A DNA stretch of 64,000 nt from a virus. The stretch spans positions 3,783 through 67,782 of the IMG/VR virus record IMGVR_UViG_3300020170_000012; one strand, 5' to 3'. The notes beneath the pieces are model-generated. The model searched no databases. It saw only the letters and a list, made by a program, of their open reading frames with translations, and was not told the origin of the DNA. A program made the position numbers and the translations under genes. Of the stretch, positions 56,348 to 64,000 are shown one piece after another. Within the stretch, counting starts at the first letter, position 1. The number at the start of each line of letters is the position of its first letter.

Positions 56348-56971
56348 ATGCAGCGTGACACCTTCGTCGAGGGGGAGGGCCAAGCATGGCTCTCCCGCAA
56401 CCTCCACGATCTCGGCAAGCGTGATCCGGTTATGGAGGCGATGGAGCGATGGAATCTCGCCCCGCAGTCCATTCTCGAAATCGGTTGTTCTAACGGTTGG
56501 CGGGTCGAGCGCCTGATCGAACGTTACAACTGCAAGGTCAAGGGGATCGATCCAGTGGTCCCCAGGATGCCTCACCCGACCACATTCACCAATCTACACC
56601 ACGGCCACGCGGCGGCGCTGTTTCATTACGGCAACGCAGAATTCGATACTGTCATCTATGGGTTCTGCCTCTACCTCTGCGACCCGCAGGACTATCCGTC
56701 GATCGTCAAGGAGTGTGATCGCGTGCTCGCCGACGGCGGTGATATCATCATCCATGATTTTGTGGTGACGAATATCGGAGACCCTTGGCGGACCCCTTAT
56801 AAGCACAAGGACGGAGTCTTTTCGCATCATGTCCAGTTCCAACGCTTGTGGACGGGGTTTCCGCAATATACACAGGTGGCGTGGTCGACGCCCGATAAGG
56901 AATTTGGTGATTACGTTGTTCTTCTCCACAAAGACCTGAACGGCGCCTTCATCGACAAACCCAACCCATAG
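56348..56971 (+). CDS. Class I SAM methyltransferase
   Basis: EGEGQAWLSRN, ILEIGCSNG, GIDP, FDTVIYGFCLYLCD, ECDRVL..GG.IIIHDF. Confidence 0.88.
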   Translation: MQRDTFVEGEGQAWLSRNLHDLGKRDPVMEAMERWNLAPQSILEIGCSNGWRVERLIERYNCKVKGIDPVVPRMPHPTTFTNLHHGHAAALFHYGNAEFDTVIYGFCLYLCDPQDYPSIVKECDRVLADGGDIIIHDFVVTNIGDPWRTPYKHKDGVFSHHVQFQRLWTGFPQYTQVAWSTPDKEFGDYVVLLHKDLNGAFIDKPNP

Positions 56972-57158
56972 GAGATATCCATGAGCTTTGCACAGTTGCT
57001 CCAGTTTCTTCTCATGATTGCGCCGCAGCTCGAACAGGCGATCGAGACTGTGGCTCGCGCCAAGGGTCTGCCGGTGACCCACCCTGACGTCGCCGCTGTC
57101 GTCGCCCAGCATCTCACGCCTGGACAACCTAACGAGCCGTCGCTTTCGTAAGGCGACC

Positions 57159-57518
57159 ATGCCGGTCAATTATTCCCAGGCCACCATCAACGCACGCCTC
57201 AACGACGTCATTGCGCAGATTGGCGGCACTGGGAATCTTGTTTTTTCTGATGCCGGTGGCGCCGTCCTGGTGTCGATTCCGCTGGCCTCTGGTGTTGGCA
57301 TCGTGTCTTCAGGCGTGCTAGACTTTACGACGCCAGTGACAGGAATAGCCGTTCTTGGCGGCGTTCCCACGCAAGCAAAAATTACCTCCGGATCAAGCAC
57401 TGTCATCAGCGGCTTGACGGTGAGTTCTGGGGCCGGGTCGGACATCTTTCTGGCCCCCTTGCCGATCATAGTCGGGCAGGCGGTGACATTGAGCCTGGGG
57501 ACCATCGTCGGTAGGTAG
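57159..57518 (+). CDS. Virion structural protein
   Basis: YSQATINARL...; beta-rich, G/S/T/V-rich. Confidence 0.7.
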   Translation: MPVNYSQATINARLNDVIAQIGGTGNLVFSDAGGAVLVSIPLASGVGIVSSGVLDFTTPVTGIAVLGGVPTQAKITSGSSTVISGLTVSSGAGSDIFLAPLPIIVGQAVTLSLGTIVGR

Positions 57519-57538
57519 GCGAAGCCTAGGAGGCTGTC

Positions 57539-58081
57539 GTGGGTCTTTACTCGATTTCCAACGGGTCATCGTCGGCCCTGCCTATCCAGCAAGCTATCGC
57601 AGCGGCCTACAAGACTCAGTTCGCGGTTGGAAACTCTACCGCGGCAATTCCGACGATCGGTGCCGGCTCACTGGTACGCAGCAAGATTTACGATCTGCTC
57701 ATTGGAACTGTCGCTACGCCTGGAGACACCACAATCGAAAATGATATCGTCCGGGCGACGCTCGGCAGCACCCCGGCCGGGACGACTTCGATATCGAGTC
57801 TTTCGTCCACCTTCATGCTCGAACCCGGGCAATTGGGGTTCGTAGCTTATGCCTCCCTGAATTCGACTGCAGAGGTTGGCATAGGCGCCCTACTTGGCGA
57901 GCCGTTTTATTTTCCGCTCAATCAGCGTGCCAGCTATCGATGGGTCTGTAATCCAGGATCGGAAATCGTCATCGCGGCAGTGTCGTCGGGAACCGGCAAC
58001 AATGGGGTGGCGATGCGGTCACGATCCGCGGCATACACCGGCACCATGGGCATTACCGGCTTTGTCAACGAAGGTTCGTGA
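57539..58081 (+). CDS. Virion structural protein
   Basis: AGGAGG RBS; LNQRASYRWV..PGSEI. Confidence 0.7.
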   Translation: MGLYSISNGSSSALPIQQAIAAAYKTQFAVGNSTAAIPTIGAGSLVRSKIYDLLIGTVATPGDTTIENDIVRATLGSTPAGTTSISSLSSTFMLEPGQLGFVAYASLNSTAEVGIGALLGEPFYFPLNQRASYRWVCNPGSEIVIAAVSSGTGNNGVAMRSRSAAYTGTMGITGFVNEGS

Positions 58082-58087
58082 TGCGTC

Positions 58088-58432
58088 ATGAGAAACCCTC
58101 ACGGATACGCAACAGTCGTCAGCGACGGAAAGTGGTTTGCTAACGGTATCGATCACTGGAGATGCGAGGAGATTCCGAGCGGAACTTGGGAATCCGATAC
58201 GGTTACCTGCGGACACTTCGTGGACTCTCCGGAGTACACAGGACCGTGCAGCCGCATCATCCATATCAAACCCAAGATGGACCCGGCCGACATGGGCGGT
58301 TTGTGCAAGCAGTGCATGAAATGGATTTGTCCGAGCTGCGTAGGTCGGGGTTGCACGCCGCTGGAGAAGGGGATCGAGGCGTGGGAAAGGAGACAGGCGG
58401 CTCTGAGATCGTATGTTGCCGCCGGGTCATGA
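58088..58432 (+). CDS. Cys-rich Zn-binding protein
   Basis: TCGH..C..GGLCKQCMKWICPSC...C.P. Confidence 0.7.
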   Translation: MRNPHGYATVVSDGKWFANGIDHWRCEEIPSGTWESDTVTCGHFVDSPEYTGPCSRIIHIKPKMDPADMGGLCKQCMKWICPSCVGRGCTPLEKGIEAWERRQAALRSYVAAGS

Positions 58433-58451
58433 TCTCTGAAGCGCTCATGAA

Positions 58452-58754
58452 ATGGCCGCCGCGACCAAACTTCTTGCAAAATCCGAGGTTGGAGTCGCAG
58501 TTCTAAATTACGACGATGCGACACTGTTGGCCTCCGGTGTGACTATCGCTAATATCGGGGCAACTTCAGCGATCACATTTTGGATCGTCGTCTCTGGCAT
58601 CACTTCGTTTCGCACCGTGATTCCAGGTCAGACCGCCGTTCTCACCTTTGCATTGCCGTTGGTTGTTACCATTAACGGTCTTGGGCTGGTGGTGGCGGGA
58701 GTAACTGCTTACGGAATTGGAGTTGGAGTCGATACAGCCGCATTGGGTGGCTGA
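58452..58754 (+). CDS. Hydrophobic beta-rich protein
   Basis: TGATG coupling to the next gene. Confidence 0.6.
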   Translation: MAAATKLLAKSEVGVAVLNYDDATLLASGVTIANIGATSAITFWIVVSGITSFRTVIPGQTAVLTFALPLVVTINGLGLVVAGVTAYGIGVGVDTAALGG

Positions 58755-60307
58755 TGGGTTTCGTCCAAGGTACTTCAGCCAATAACAATGCGAGCGGCGG
58801 TGCGCTGACCGCCACCTTCGGCGCTGGCGTAGGGGCCGGTAATTGCGTCTGGGGCTTGGCAACTTGGGGAGACGCAACTTCAACGCCGACTATCACGGTC
58901 GGCGGCGTCTCGGCAACAATTCTCGATACCATCAGAGACGTTGGCAACGCCAGCAGCGCCTCGACCTTCATTTTAGGTAATATCTCCGGCGCGCCTACGT
59001 CAGTTGTCTTTACGCCGAGCGCGTCGGCCACCTTCAGGACCGTGGTCGCGATCGAGGAAAGCGGCTGTCTCGCAGTCGCTAATCCGACCGATGTTCACAC
59101 CGGGCAGCTTCAGACTACTCCGGGCACTGGCGCAAATATTCTCACTTCCGGCAACGCTACCACGACAGTCGCGAATGACATCATCGTCGGTGCGAGCACA
59201 AATGAGACAAGCGGCACCACTGTCACCGCAGGCACCTCCCCGAACGCCTTCACGTTGCGAACGACGAACGCTGCGGGTATCCCAGTCTCCACTGAAGATG
59301 AAGTTATAAAAGCCGTTGCTGGCGCCGTCGCCGCAACGTTTGGCCAGACGGTAAATAACACCAACATCACCTTGATGATTGCGATCAAACCGTCTAGCGG
59401 AACGGTCGTTGTCAGCAATTGGTTTGCGCCTCTCAGTGAGCCACCGCGGTCCAATCCGCGACTTCTGCCGTCACAGCAGCAGGCGATCGCGTTCCCTGTC
59501 AATTTCTCGATTCCGAGTCACGGTTGGTTTGCGCCGTTGAGCGAGCCGATCCGCCGCCAACCTCCGCGTCCGCCGACGCAGGACATATTCTTTCCTGTCA
59601 ATTTCTCGATACCGAGCTTTGGTTGGTTTGAGCCTCTCAGCGAGCCCACCCGTCGGCCATTGCCTCGCCCGCCTCCTGTCGATGAGGGATTCGTCACTGT
59701 CATTACGCCAGCCGCGCCGTCTTTTGGCTGGTTTGCACCGCTGGCGGAACCTGCACGTCTACCGCCCAGGTCTCCCATCGGGGCTAGACCCGATCTGGCG
59801 TTCCCGGTCAATTTCTCGATTCCGTCGTTCGGATGGTACGGCCCGCTATCTGAGCCGACACGCAGACCGCGATCGCCGGTCGGCTGGATGCCCGATCTGG
59901 CGTTTTCGGTTAATTTCTTCGTTCCGAGCTTTGGCTGGTTTGCCCCCTTGAGCGAGCCGCCACGGCCGCCGCCACGGCTCACAGAGCGTCAGTGGCTGGC
60001 CCTGCCGCCTTTCCCCATCATTCCGTCGTTCGGATGGTACGGCCCCCTCAGCGAGCCCGTGAGGCCGCCTCCAAAGCTATTGGCGAGCCAACAGCAGACG
60101 CTGGCCTATGGGTGGTTCACGCCGCCCACCACGGTCACCTTCGGGTGGTTTGTGCCATTGACGGAGCCTGTCAGGGCGCCGCGGAAGTTGCCGTCCGGGG
60201 CTCAACCCAATCTCGCGTATCCGGTAAACTTTACGGTGCCGAGTCATGGTTGGTTCTCTCCTTTGAGCGAGCCCGCCCGCAGGCTGCCCAGGTTGCGGCT
60301 GGTCTGA
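58754..60307 (+). CDS. Virion surface protein with nine W(F/Y)xPLxEP repeats; probably extends to 60468 via a frameshift
   Basis: Thr/Ala/Gly-rich N-domain, then about 33-aa Pro-rich repeats. Confidence 0.75.
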   Translation: MGFVQGTSANNNASGGALTATFGAGVGAGNCVWGLATWGDATSTPTITVGGVSATILDTIRDVGNASSASTFILGNISGAPTSVVFTPSASATFRTVVAIEESGCLAVANPTDVHTGQLQTTPGTGANILTSGNATTTVANDIIVGASTNETSGTTVTAGTSPNAFTLRTTNAAGIPVSTEDEVIKAVAGAVAATFGQTVNNTNITLMIAIKPSSGTVVVSNWFAPLSEPPRSNPRLLPSQQQAIAFPVNFSIPSHGWFAPLSEPIRRQPPRPPTQDIFFPVNFSIPSFGWFEPLSEPTRRPLPRPPPVDEGFVTVITPAAPSFGWFAPLAEPARLPPRSPIGARPDLAFPVNFSIPSFGWYGPLSEPTRRPRSPVGWMPDLAFSVNFFVPSFGWFAPLSEPPRPPPRLTERQWLALPPFPIIPSFGWYGPLSEPVRPPPKLLASQQQTLAYGWFTPPTTVTFGWFVPLTEPVRAPRKLPSGAQPNLAYPVNFTVPSHGWFSPLSEPARRLPRLRLV

Positions 60308-60471
60308 TTCCCTTCGCTCAAGGCTATCCGCCGCAGCCGCCGGTTGTCGTCGTGTCCTTCGCTACCTTGTCGGCCACCGAGAGCGGCGACCTTATGCAGA
60401 TGCTTTTTAGGGCGTACAATCAGCCGGCTACAGCTTTGTTAGGCGTTTCGCAAAGGAGCAGCAGCTAGGTC

Positions 60472-60762
60472 GTGCCCTACATCGTCAGGCAAGGGAATCA
60501 GGTCGAGTTCGTCATCAGGCTGCTTGACGCGGCGGGCCGCTCCACGACGCCGCCGTCGCTGCAATTACTCCTACAATTTACCGACGAGAGCGGGCAGTCG
60601 GCCGGGTTCCAGGTTCTGTCCATGTCGCTGCAAGGGTTTGTTTGGACGGTGGTGTGGAACTCTGGCACGGCCCCGCTTGGCTTGGCGACTCTGCTCATCT
60701 TGCCGCCGTCCGGATCGCTGGCGCCGCCCGATCCGGTCATGAGGATATGCAAAGGGCTCTGA
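60472..60762 (+). CDS. Small Ig-like virion protein
   Basis: Beta-rich 96 aa in the structural operon. Confidence 0.55.
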   Translation: MPYIVRQGNQVEFVIRLLDAAGRSTTPPSLQLLLQFTDESGQSAGFQVLSMSLQGFVWTVVWNSGTAPLGLATLLILPPSGSLAPPDPVMRICKGL

Positions 60763-60766
60763 AAAA

Positions 60767-61471
60767 ATGGTGTTCCAGCCAGCCATCGCAACGTCAGGGA
60801 CCTACCAGTTCTTTCCCTCGACGGCAGAGATCGTGAACATCGCATTTGCGCGCTGTCAGGTCCGCCGGACAAATTTGACCGATACCCACTACGCCGACGC
60901 GCTCATGGAGATCAACGCGCTCCAGGCGGTAATCAATAGCCTTGGACCCAACCTTGCCCAGGTCGATCAGGTCTCCGTTGCGCTGACTCAAGGAGTGGCA
61001 ACATACTCAGTACCGGCGGAAACTGTTACCATTCTTGACATGTTTTTACGGTATTCTAATCCTCCAATCGACCGCTATATGTGGCCGATCAGCCGGACCG
61101 AATTTGACAGCATTCCCAATAAGTCACAGCAAGGTTTCCCGAATCAGTATTGGTTCGACCGGCTCATATCTCCCACCTTTACGTTGTATTTTGTTCCTGA
61201 TGGCAACGGTCCGTATACCATATTCTATCACCGCTTCAGGCAAGTGCAGGACGCTTTGTACGCCGGTGCTCTATCACCGGAAGTCCCCAATCGTGCGATC
61301 GATGTTTTGATCGCCGGGCTCGCGCACCGGCTCTCGCGCATCTACGCGCCTGCGCTCGAAGCCAAGCGCAAGGCCGACGCCGATGAGGCGTTCGCGATCT
61401 ACGCCAAGCAGGACACCGAGAACGTCAGCCTGTACATTCAGCCGGCGGTGAGCGGGTATTGGAGAATCTGA
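60767..61471 (+). CDS. Head-tail adaptor-like protein
   Basis: TSGTYQF...AFARC, LTQGVATY, ISRTEFDSIPNKSQQGFPNQYWFDR, VPD. Confidence 0.8.
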   Translation: MVFQPAIATSGTYQFFPSTAEIVNIAFARCQVRRTNLTDTHYADALMEINALQAVINSLGPNLAQVDQVSVALTQGVATYSVPAETVTILDMFLRYSNPPIDRYMWPISRTEFDSIPNKSQQGFPNQYWFDRLISPTFTLYFVPDGNGPYTIFYHRFRQVQDALYAGALSPEVPNRAIDVLIAGLAHRLSRIYAPALEAKRKADADEAFAIYAKQDTENVSLYIQPAVSGYWRI

Positions 61472-61483
61472 CGGAGTCGGTCG

Positions 61484-62356
61484 ATGAGACCACATGGCCG
61501 CGCCAGAATCAGCCGGGCTAACCCGGAAGCGCAGGGCGTCTGCGACCGCTGCGGTGGGCGCTACACCCACAAGACGCTGCTGTGGCAATTCGACTGGGCC
61601 GGCGCGCGGCTGCAAAACCAGTACATCCTTGTCTGCGCCGGCTGTCTCGACGTCCCTCAGGAGAACATCCGCACCATCGTTCTGCCGCCCGACCCGCGGC
61701 CGATCGCCAACCCGCGGCCGGAACAATTTGTCAGCGATGATAACCAGATCAGCGGCATTGGGTGGGACCCGGCCAATCTGTTCAGTTTACGGGGGCCGAC
61801 GGCACAAAGTGCCTTTTTTGGCAACCTGACCGGCGGCGGCGGTGTCGATAGTGTATTTGTCGGCGCTCCCGGGGCGCGCGGTACCGATGGCACATTAACT
61901 GGATCGCCCGCCAAGATGGCTGTCCAGGCCGCGCACCTGACGCCGTCGAGTTCGGTCAACTTCGTTGGCATCAATTGGTCAGCCGCAGCCGGGGCGCCGG
62001 TGCAAATTGCCGGGCCGTCGAGTGTGGGGCCGCGGACACAAAGCTACAGCATCTCCAGAGCCCACATATGCGCGCCCGTCGATGCAGCCTTCCTTGGCAC
62101 CAATCTATCGACAACGGTTCAAATTCAGGGATCGAATGACCTTGTCGCCTGGACGACGCTGTTCAGCGCGGTCACCTCCGGTTCCAGAGGTGAGGTGATT
62201 GCCGCACCGTCGTCGTCGTTCATCTCGTTGGGGTTCTTTTCATTCCATCGGGTGGTCGTGATGGGAGATGGCGTCAACCAAGCCGCGCTGGCTTTTGCAT
62301 CGCTCAGCGCTGCCGGGCCGTCGTTGGCACAGACCGGATCGGAGTTAGGGGCTTAA
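61484..62356 (+). CDS. Virion protein with CDRC Zn motif and C-terminal beta-sandwich
   Basis: AQGVCDRCG...LVCAGCLD.PQ...DPRPI.NPRP; IQGSNDLVAWTTL. Confidence 0.75.
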   Translation: MRPHGRARISRANPEAQGVCDRCGGRYTHKTLLWQFDWAGARLQNQYILVCAGCLDVPQENIRTIVLPPDPRPIANPRPEQFVSDDNQISGIGWDPANLFSLRGPTAQSAFFGNLTGGGGVDSVFVGAPGARGTDGTLTGSPAKMAVQAAHLTPSSSVNFVGINWSAAAGAPVQIAGPSSVGPRTQSYSISRAHICAPVDAAFLGTNLSTTVQIQGSNDLVAWTTLFSAVTSGSRGEVIAAPSSSFISLGFFSFHRVVVMGDGVNQAALAFASLSAAGPSLAQTGSELGA

Positions 62357-62357
62357 G

Positions 62358-63050
62358 ATGCCTACCAACTTCCCCACTTTCCAGTCACAGTTCTTTAACG
62401 CCGTCGCCGCGGTGTCGAGCGACGTGCCGTGGGGGATCGAGTTCCCGCTGGTGATCGATCGCGCTGAGCAGCGCGCCTATCGCGATCTCGACATGCTGGC
62501 GGCGCGTTCGACGATCATCCCAATCGCCTCACTTTCCTTGCAGCGCTTGCAAACGATCCCACCGCCAGTCTTCATTGCGGTCGAACAGATCAACGTTCTC
62601 ACCCCGGCTGGCGTTACATCGAGCGGCTATCGCAACGCTTTGACCAGGGTTGCTCCGGCCTTCATCGAGCTGACCTATCCGTCGGACAGCCAGTTTGCGG
62701 GCCTGCCGCAATACTATGCGATGATATCCGATACCACCCTCTTGATGGGGCCGCCGCCGGACCTTGTCTACAACTGGGAAATCCGCGGGCCGGTGCGGCC
62801 AACGGCCCTTTCTTCTGGAAATTCCTCGACGCCGCTCACCCAGAACTATCCAGACTTGTTCTGGGCTTCGGCGATGATCGAAGCCGGCATGTACATGCGC
62901 TTCGTCGAGCCGCAGATGGCGGTGACGTGGCTCCAGGAATACAACGTTCTCAAGACTTCGGCGCTGATTGAGGAGATGCGCAAGCGCAACATGGCCGAAG
63001 GCTGGGTCGACAAGCAGCCGTCGCCCGTCGCCACACCGCCTCGGCAGTGA
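62358..63050 (+). CDS. Tail tubular/adaptor protein
   Basis: IDRAEQRAYRDLD, GLPQYYA, GPPPD..Y, YPDLF..ASMI. Confidence 0.8.
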   Translation: MPTNFPTFQSQFFNAVAAVSSDVPWGIEFPLVIDRAEQRAYRDLDMLAARSTIIPIASLSLQRLQTIPPPVFIAVEQINVLTPAGVTSSGYRNALTRVAPAFIELTYPSDSQFAGLPQYYAMISDTTLLMGPPPDLVYNWEIRGPVRPTALSSGNSSTPLTQNYPDLFWASAMIEAGMYMRFVEPQMAVTWLQEYNVLKTSALIEEMRKRNMAEGWVDKQPSPVATPPRQ

Positions 63051-63058
63051 GGTGATGC

Positions 63059-64000
63059 GTGCCTGCTTTCCAAGACATCGAATTGGTGCCGGGCGTCAAT
63101 ACCCAGAAGACGCTTGAGCTGAATCAGGCCGGTGTCTCAGTCTCTCAGCTCATCCGCTACAAGCAAAATCTCATTCAAAAGCAGGGTGGCTGGTCGAATT
63201 TCTACCCAACCCCGGTTTCATCAACCCCGATACGCGATCTTCACGCCTTCCAGGGGCTCTTGGGCAACAAATTCCTTGCCGTCGGTTCGCTGACGAATCT
63301 CGTCATCATTTCGTGTGGTGCGTTGCGGGATATCACGCCGCAGACCAACGATACCAATCCGATACCGAGCTTTTCGGTTGTGGCCGGCTCGAACGTCGTT
63401 ACGGTGAGAGACCCGGGATCGAGCGCCGGCCAGTTCGCCGGTGTCCGCTTCGATACGCCAGTGCAGCTCGCCGGTCAGGTGCTTTCAAGCGCCTACAGCG
63501 TGCTCACCGCCGTCGACGCCAACAGCTACACGATCGCAGCAGATTTCATATCGAGCGCGACGGTATCGTCTGGCGGCACCTTGCCGACATTCCAGACCAC
63601 CGCCGGTTCACCGTTTGTCGATGTGATCTTTCCGAGCGCGGCTTACTTCCCCATCCTCGGCTTGTTCTATCCGTTCCGGTCCCCGACGACGATCGGCGTC
63701 ACGTCCAGCCTTGGCACGGCGACGGTCATCCAGGGGCCGTACCAAGTCTCCTCCATCATCGACTCCACGCATTTTCAGATTTTGCTGCCGAATCAGGCCC
63801 AGCTTAGCGCCGGTCCAACGTCGATGAACGGCGGTTTCGCGGGGCTCCACTATTACAACACACAGGGGCCAGCACAGCTCGGGGGTGCCTATGGGGCCGG
63901 ACCTTATGGCGGGACGTCGTCAGGAACCTTGGCCGGTGGCGCTTATGGGCTCGGCACGCCGGCCGGTTCCGGGATGGGCACGCCGATCGTGGTCCTGGAC
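63059..64000 (+). CDS. Tail (stabilisation/tubular B-like) protein, truncated at window end
   Basis: GAGGTG RBS, GTG start; PGVNTQKT...LIRYK...QKQGGW, DITP; no stop before 64000, so absent from the ORF track. Confidence 0.75.
   Translation, partial: MPAFQDIELVPGVNTQKTLELNQAGVSVSQLIRYKQNLIQKQGGWSNFYPTPVSSTPIRDLHAFQGLLGNKFLAVGSLTNLVIISCGALRDITPQTNDTNPIPSFSVVAGSNVVTVRDPGSSAGQFAGVRFDTPVQLAGQVLSSAYSVLTAVDANSYTIAADFISSATVSSGGTLPTFQTTAGSPFVDVIFPSAAYFPILGLFYPFRSPTTIGVTSSLGTATVIQGPYQVSSIIDSTHFQILLPNQAQLSAGPTSMNGGFAGLHYYNTQGPAQLGGAYGAGPYGGTSSGTLAGGAYGLGTPAGSGMGTPIVVLD

Noticed and set aside
1-64000. tRNA/rRNA, integrase, reverse transcriptase/DGR, alternative genetic code
   Set aside because: None recognised. 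Core genes are intact in the standard code and TAG is used as a normal stop.

Overview
A GC-rich, gene-dense segment of a tailed dsDNA phage, probably podovirus-like (no tape measure gene seen; large ejection-type proteins). The host is probably an alphaproteobacterium (Hyphomicrobiales), judged from a host-like Omp25/RopB outer-membrane gene. Virion genes occur at both ends of the window, so it looks circularly permuted and incomplete. Layout: tail/virion genes (+, 1-2.5 kb); holin-like, Omp and ejection proteins, HNH and endolysin (-, 2.5-15.6 kb); a nonulosonic (pseudaminic-acid-like) sugar pathway in two blocks (15.5-19.1 kb -, 22.3-26.2 kb +); RecT/YqaJ and small early genes (-, 26.2-33.1 kb); PrimPol-VapE replicase, MT-A70 methylase and terminase (+, 33.2-41.8 kb); portal, chaperones, capsid and tail genes (+, 43.6-64 kb). 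The top finding is a cassette between terL and portal: a lone Cas7/RAMP-like gene flanked by two perfectly phased GGY-NN pentamer arrays (40 and 22 units) behind its own promoter, a candidate non-CRISPR RNA-guided system. The second is a candidate virion-glycosylation system: the sugar pathway, a Maf/sialyltransferase-like gene among the capsid genes, and Ser-Ser-rich virion proteins. All product calls come from motif recognition by eye; no database searches were run.
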